The translations under genes were made by a program, and so were the position numbers. This document shows, piece after piece, positions 60,169-64,000 of a stretch of DNA of 64,000 nucleotides; position 1 is the stretch's first letter; every line of letters starts with the position of its first letter. The notes beneath the pieces are model-generated. The model was not told where the DNA came from. It did not search any database and saw nothing but the letters and a program-made list of their open reading frames with translations. The DNA comes from Gammaproteobacteria bacterium. Lineage in GTDB: Bacteria > Pseudomonadota > Gammaproteobacteria > Eutrophobiales > Eutrophobiaceae. The stretch is taken from the NCBI GenBank assembly GCA_965221695.1, contig OZ244905.1:384001-448000 (forward strand), read 5' to 3'.

Positions 60169-60255
60169 TGGTGCCCAGGGCCGGACTCGAACCGGCACGG
60201 AGTTTCCTCCGAGGGATTTTAAGTCCCTTGTGTCTACCAATTTCACCACCCGGGC
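60169..60255 (-). tRNA. leuZ: tRNA-Leu(TAA)
   Basis: GCCCGGGTGGTGAAATTGGTAGACACAAGGGACTTAAAATCCC...GGTTCGAGTCCGGCCCTGGGCACCA; 87 nt with long variable arm. Confidence 0.97.
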
Positions 60256-60363
60256 TTGGATCGGGAAAGAATAATACCCATTTCAGTTAATTCTGACATG
60301 TTCGGCAGGCTGGGGTAGAAATCCTACCCCGCTTTTTCGGCTCCATCAAGCCTCCACGTCATA

Positions 60364-61509
60364 TCATTCAACCAGTTGCTCCATAAAAGCCCCCAGGTTA
60401 CAGGATAACAACCGCCCATCTCCATGTGAGTGGCGGGTTTGCGAAATCAGAAAACGTCTTGATGAATTTATCATATCAGCCACTCTGTTCAGCTTAGCCA
60501 TATCATTCGGGCCAGGCGAGGCGGTAAGTTTAATTTCAATTGCCCATAGTTCTGAGCCAAAATCAAGCGCCAGGTCAAGCTCATGCTGATCGCTGGTCCT
60601 GAAATAATACGCATCGCAGTGTTTTTTCTGGGCCGGCAAGACCCCCAGAACTTGTTCAATAACATAGCCTTCCCAACTGGCGCCAACCCATGGCCGGGAA
60701 AGCAATGAACGGTCATCGGACACATTCATCAAGGCGTGGAGCAAACCACTGTCCCGCCAGTATATTTTGGGACTCTTTATCAGGCGTTTCCTGATATTTG
60801 CCTGGTATGGTTGAAGGCGGCGGATCAGGAAGCCTCCCACCAGGTAATCAAGATAGCTGTTTACCGTATGGTATGAAAGTCCCAGGCTTTTACCCAATTG
60901 CGAAGCGTTCCACACCTGCCCGTGTGACGCCGCCAGCATGCGCAACAGGCGGCCAGTCACCTGTGGACTGGCAGGCAATCCCCATAGTGGTAAATCCCTT
61001 TGACTCAAGAGGCTGAGGTAGTCCAACTGCCATTGGGGGTACTGCCGTGCTTCAAGGACGCCGCCGTCGGGATACCCGCCGTAAAGCCAGTGTCGCTTGC
61101 GCGAAACTCCGGCAGTCAACTCGGTAAACAAAAACGGTGTTAATTCGATGAGAGACAGCCGACCGGCAAGTGATTCCGAAACCTGAAGCATAAGTGTCGG
61201 TGATACAGAACCCAGCAGCAGGAAACGCCCCATACGTTTACGGTCCTGATCGATCGCGCCGCGCAGACGTGCAAATATCCCCGGCCATGATTGTGCCTCA
61301 TCCAGGATGACCAGCTTATTCCCTGTCACCAGACTTTCCCATTCGAGGTCGAGACGAAGACGCTCGGCTTCCTGCTCCAGATCGAAATAATTCCCCCCCA
61401 ATTCCTGCGCCAGGGTTGTCTTACCGGACTGGCGCGGACCTATCAGCGCCACGGCCGGATACATTTCCAGGCGCTCCAGCAAGCGGGGTTTTATTTTTCG
61501 ATTGATCAT
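60364..61509 (-). CDS. AAA_14 ATPase with DUF4143 domain
   Basis: GPRQSGKTT, ILDEAQ, ESLAGR, GGYP, KSPKIY..DSGL and ELD...IEIK motifs. Confidence 0.88.
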   Translation of the reverse strand: MINRKIKPRLLERLEMYPAVALIGPRQSGKTTLAQELGGNYFDLEQEAERLRLDLEWESLVTGNKLVILDEAQSWPGIFARLRGAIDQDRKRMGRFLLLGSVSPTLMLQVSESLAGRLSLIELTPFLFTELTAGVSRKRHWLYGGYPDGGVLEARQYPQWQLDYLSLLSQRDLPLWGLPASPQVTGRLLRMLAASHGQVWNASQLGKSLGLSYHTVNSYLDYLVGGFLIRRLQPYQANIRKRLIKSPKIYWRDSGLLHALMNVSDDRSLLSRPWVGASWEGYVIEQVLGVLPAQKKHCDAYYFRTSDQHELDLALDFGSELWAIEIKLTASPGPNDMAKLNRVADMINSSRRFLISQTRHSHGDGRLLSCNLGAFMEQLVE

Positions 61510-61732
61510 ATCTTGCATTATAGAAATCTATTTCTAATTTGCAAGGATAACCATGTAAAGGAACCTCTGAGGATTAAACGGAAGATTGAAACTGATACAA
61601 CTCTTTCCAGGAACCCATTGTCAGCCATTATGGTATCATCACTATGCTTTCATTCGCAGGCATGCATAGGGACAACAAATTCTGCGCGATCATTGCATCC
61701 ACAGGCGTCATATCCGTATTAGAAAAATTAAG

Positions 61733-62506
61733 ATGAGTTTCACCAGCAGTGACCTCTCTGTCGAAATCAGGGAACAGGTTTTGTATGTAACGATCAATCG
61801 TCCTGAAAAGCGTAATGCGCTGAGCCGCGCAACCCTGAAAGAAATTGGTCATGTGTTTGATCATCATCAATCAAATGATTCCATACTGGTTGCGGTATTG
61901 ACGGGAGCCGGTGAAAAGAGTTTTGCTGCGGGCGGTGATCTCAAAGATTTGGACTCTGTCCGCACGCGCGAACTGACTGTTGACATGGTCGATACAGGTA
62001 AAACAGCGTTGGATGCCATTCGTAATTTCTGTGTGCCCGTTGTCGCGGCCATCAACGGTACGGCATTGGGTGGCGGCGCGGAGTTGGCCATGGCTTGTGA
62101 TTACCGGGTTGCGGCTGAAACGGCAAAAATTGGCTTTGTCCAGGGAAAACTCAATATCACCACGGCCTGGGGCGGCGGCGCCGATTTAATCGAACGAATT
62201 GGCTCAGCCCCGGCATTACGTCTGCTTGCCGATTGCAGGATTCTCGACGCCAAAGCTGCGCTGGAACTGGGCGTTATCGATGCCTGTTGCCGAAACGGCG
62301 AATCGCTCGATGCTTGCCTGGAAGATTTTATCTTGCCTCTGCTGGCGCGCAGCACAACCGTGATGCGCAGCTACAAAGCGTTGAGAAACCGGGCGCGCAA
62401 CGTGTTTACGCAGCCATTACGCGAACTTGAAACAAACAACTTCATTGAATCCTGGTTGCACGATGAACACTGGCAGGCGGCAGCCAATATCCTGAAAAAA
62501 AAGTGA
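61733..62506 (+). CDS. Enoyl-CoA hydratase/isomerase family protein
   Basis: INRPEKRNAL, FAAGGDL and ALGGGAELAMACD motifs. Confidence 0.9.
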   Translation: MSFTSSDLSVEIREQVLYVTINRPEKRNALSRATLKEIGHVFDHHQSNDSILVAVLTGAGEKSFAAGGDLKDLDSVRTRELTVDMVDTGKTALDAIRNFCVPVVAAINGTALGGGAELAMACDYRVAAETAKIGFVQGKLNITTAWGGGADLIERIGSAPALRLLADCRILDAKAALELGVIDACCRNGESLDACLEDFILPLLARSTTVMRSYKALRNRARNVFTQPLRELETNNFIESWLHDEHWQAAANILKKK

Positions 62507-64000
62507 TGCAAATCAACATGCGAACCGATACGAAAAGGGCAAAACCATTGCCTCCCGAGCCGGGGAAAAACCTGACTGCGATAACCGGAGAAGAAACGCC
62601 GGCCCTGGTAACGGATGACATGATTGACAGCAGTAAAATAGGAATGCCGGGCGAATATCCCTATACAAGAGGCATTTTTCAGGATGGCTACCGCGGGCGA
62701 TTGTGGACATTCCGGCAGTATTCCGGGTTTGGTACCGCGGAGGAAACCAATGAACGCTACCGATTCTTGCTGGACAGGGGTTCGACCGGCTTGTCCGTGG
62801 CGTTGGATTTGCCGACCCAATGCGGCTACGACCCGGATGACGTGATGGCCACCGGCGAAATAGGCAAAGTCGGCGTCTCACTGTCCAACCTGGCGGACGC
62901 GGAAATAGTCTTCGACGGCATCGACCTGAGCAAAATATCGACCTCTTTTACCATCAACAGTACGGCGGCTATTATCTATGCCATGTACCTGGCGGTCGCC
63001 GATAAGAAAAATACGCCGCGCAGTGCGCTGACCGGGACGATACAAAACGACATCCTGAAAGAATACGCCGCACGCGGCACATGGATATTCCCGGTGCGGC
63101 CTTCCATGCGTCTCATCGCGGATTCTATACTTTATGCCAATGAACAAACACCCCGGTTCAACCCGATAAGCATTGCCGGCGCGCATATGCGGGATGCGGG
63201 CGTGAATGAAACTGAAGAGTTGGGCTTTACATTGGCTAACGGCCTGGCGTATGTTGATGAATTGGTCAGACGCGGCGCCGATCCAAACAAATTTGCCCGA
63301 AGGTTGAGTTTCTTCTTTTATGTGCACATGGGCTTTTTTGAAGAGATTGCCAAGTTTCGCGCAGGCAGAAGGCTGTGGGCAAGATTGCTCAGAGAGCGTT
63401 ATGGCATCACGGACCCGAAAGCGCTGATGTTCCGCTTCGGTGTAGTCTGTGGCGGGTCCTCCCTCAGCGCGTCACAACCGTATAATAATATCGCCCGGGT
63501 GGCTCTGGAAAACATGTCCGCCGTATTCGGCGGCGCACAATCGGTATTTACCTGCGCCTACGATGAAGCCTTTCAGATCCCAACGGAATTCAGTGCCGAG
63601 ACCGCATTGAGGACGCAGCAGATAGTTGCGTATGAAACCGGGATAACAAAATCAGTGGATCCGCTTGGCGGCAGTTATTACGTGGAATGGCTGACAGACC
63701 GCATGGAAGAGCAAGCGGAACATATCATCAAAGAACTGGAGGAGTACGGCGGTGTGGAGAAAGCCATCGAAGAGGGATTCATACAATCCAGAATTGCCGA
63801 GAGTGCGCACCAGCGCAAGGTCCGGAAAGATCGCGGAGAAGATGTGGTAGTCGGCGAGAATTATTACCGCAGCGAGAATGAGGCCAATGATTTCGGTGAA
63901 ATTTTTCAACTGGACAGCCAGGCTACCGACAAGATCATTAGCAGGCTCAATGCGATAAGAGACCAACGTGACAATGCCGAAGTACGCAAGACGTTACGAA
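62506..64000 (+). CDS. B12-dependent acyl-CoA mutase large subunit (methylmalonyl-CoA mutase family), runs off window end
   Basis: Manual translation: PGEYPYTRG, WTFRQYSGFG, DLPTQCGYD, GTIQNDILKEY, DPLGGSY; ATG overlaps the upstream TGA. Confidence 0.9.
   Translation, partial: MQINMRTDTKRAKPLPPEPGKNLTAITGEETPALVTDDMIDSSKIGMPGEYPYTRGIFQDGYRGRLWTFRQYSGFGTAEETNERYRFLLDRGSTGLSVALDLPTQCGYDPDDVMATGEIGKVGVSLSNLADAEIVFDGIDLSKISTSFTINSTAAIIYAMYLAVADKKNTPRSALTGTIQNDILKEYAARGTWIFPVRPSMRLIADSILYANEQTPRFNPISIAGAHMRDAGVNETEELGFTLANGLAYVDELVRRGADPNKFARRLSFFFYVHMGFFEEIAKFRAGRRLWARLLRERYGITDPKALMFRFGVVCGGSSLSASQPYNNIARVALENMSAVFGGAQSVFTCAYDEAFQIPTEFSAETALRTQQIVAYETGITKSVDPLGGSYYVEWLTDRMEEQAEHIIKELEEYGGVEKAIEEGFIQSRIAESAHQRKVRKDRGEDVVVGENYYRSENEANDFGEIFQLDSQATDKIISRLNAIRDQRDNAEVRKTLR

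Noticed and set aside
60364-61509. AAA_14/DUF4143 ATPase as part of the defence island
   Set aside because: It lies outside the att-bounded segment, on the other side of the tRNA, and is a common stand-alone family.

Overview
A chromosomal window from what is probably a gammaproteobacterium. It spans the replication terminus: a XerCD dif site lies at 18235-18262, and KOPS motifs switch polarity across it. Most of the window is accessory catabolic and uptake genes: three TonB-dependent receptors, three MFS transporters, a TRAP system, exported amidohydrolases and an amidase, aminotransferases, two Rieske oxygenases, and MhpB and XylE ring-cleavage dioxygenases. These are interspersed with intact and decayed toxin-antitoxin modules, MITEs and REP-like palindromes. 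The right part carries icmF/liuR/acyl-CoA synthetase and glcDEF, then a small integrase-less defence island at tRNA-Leu(TAA), then a B12-dependent acyl-CoA mutase with an atypical active site. The island holds a ThsB-like TIR gene next to an unfamiliar single-TM protein cut by an IS3 element, plus a STAND-ATPase-like remnant. The best candidates for something new are (i) the TIR + 1TM two-gene module, (ii) a duplicated ~375-bp non-coding unit with a CRP box, a sigma70 promoter and a highly structured ~235-nt putative RNA, (iii) the atypical mutase, and (iv) a family of ~27-bp IS5-end-like palindromes at gene-module junctions. All assignments come from reading the sequence and recalling family motifs; no searches were run.
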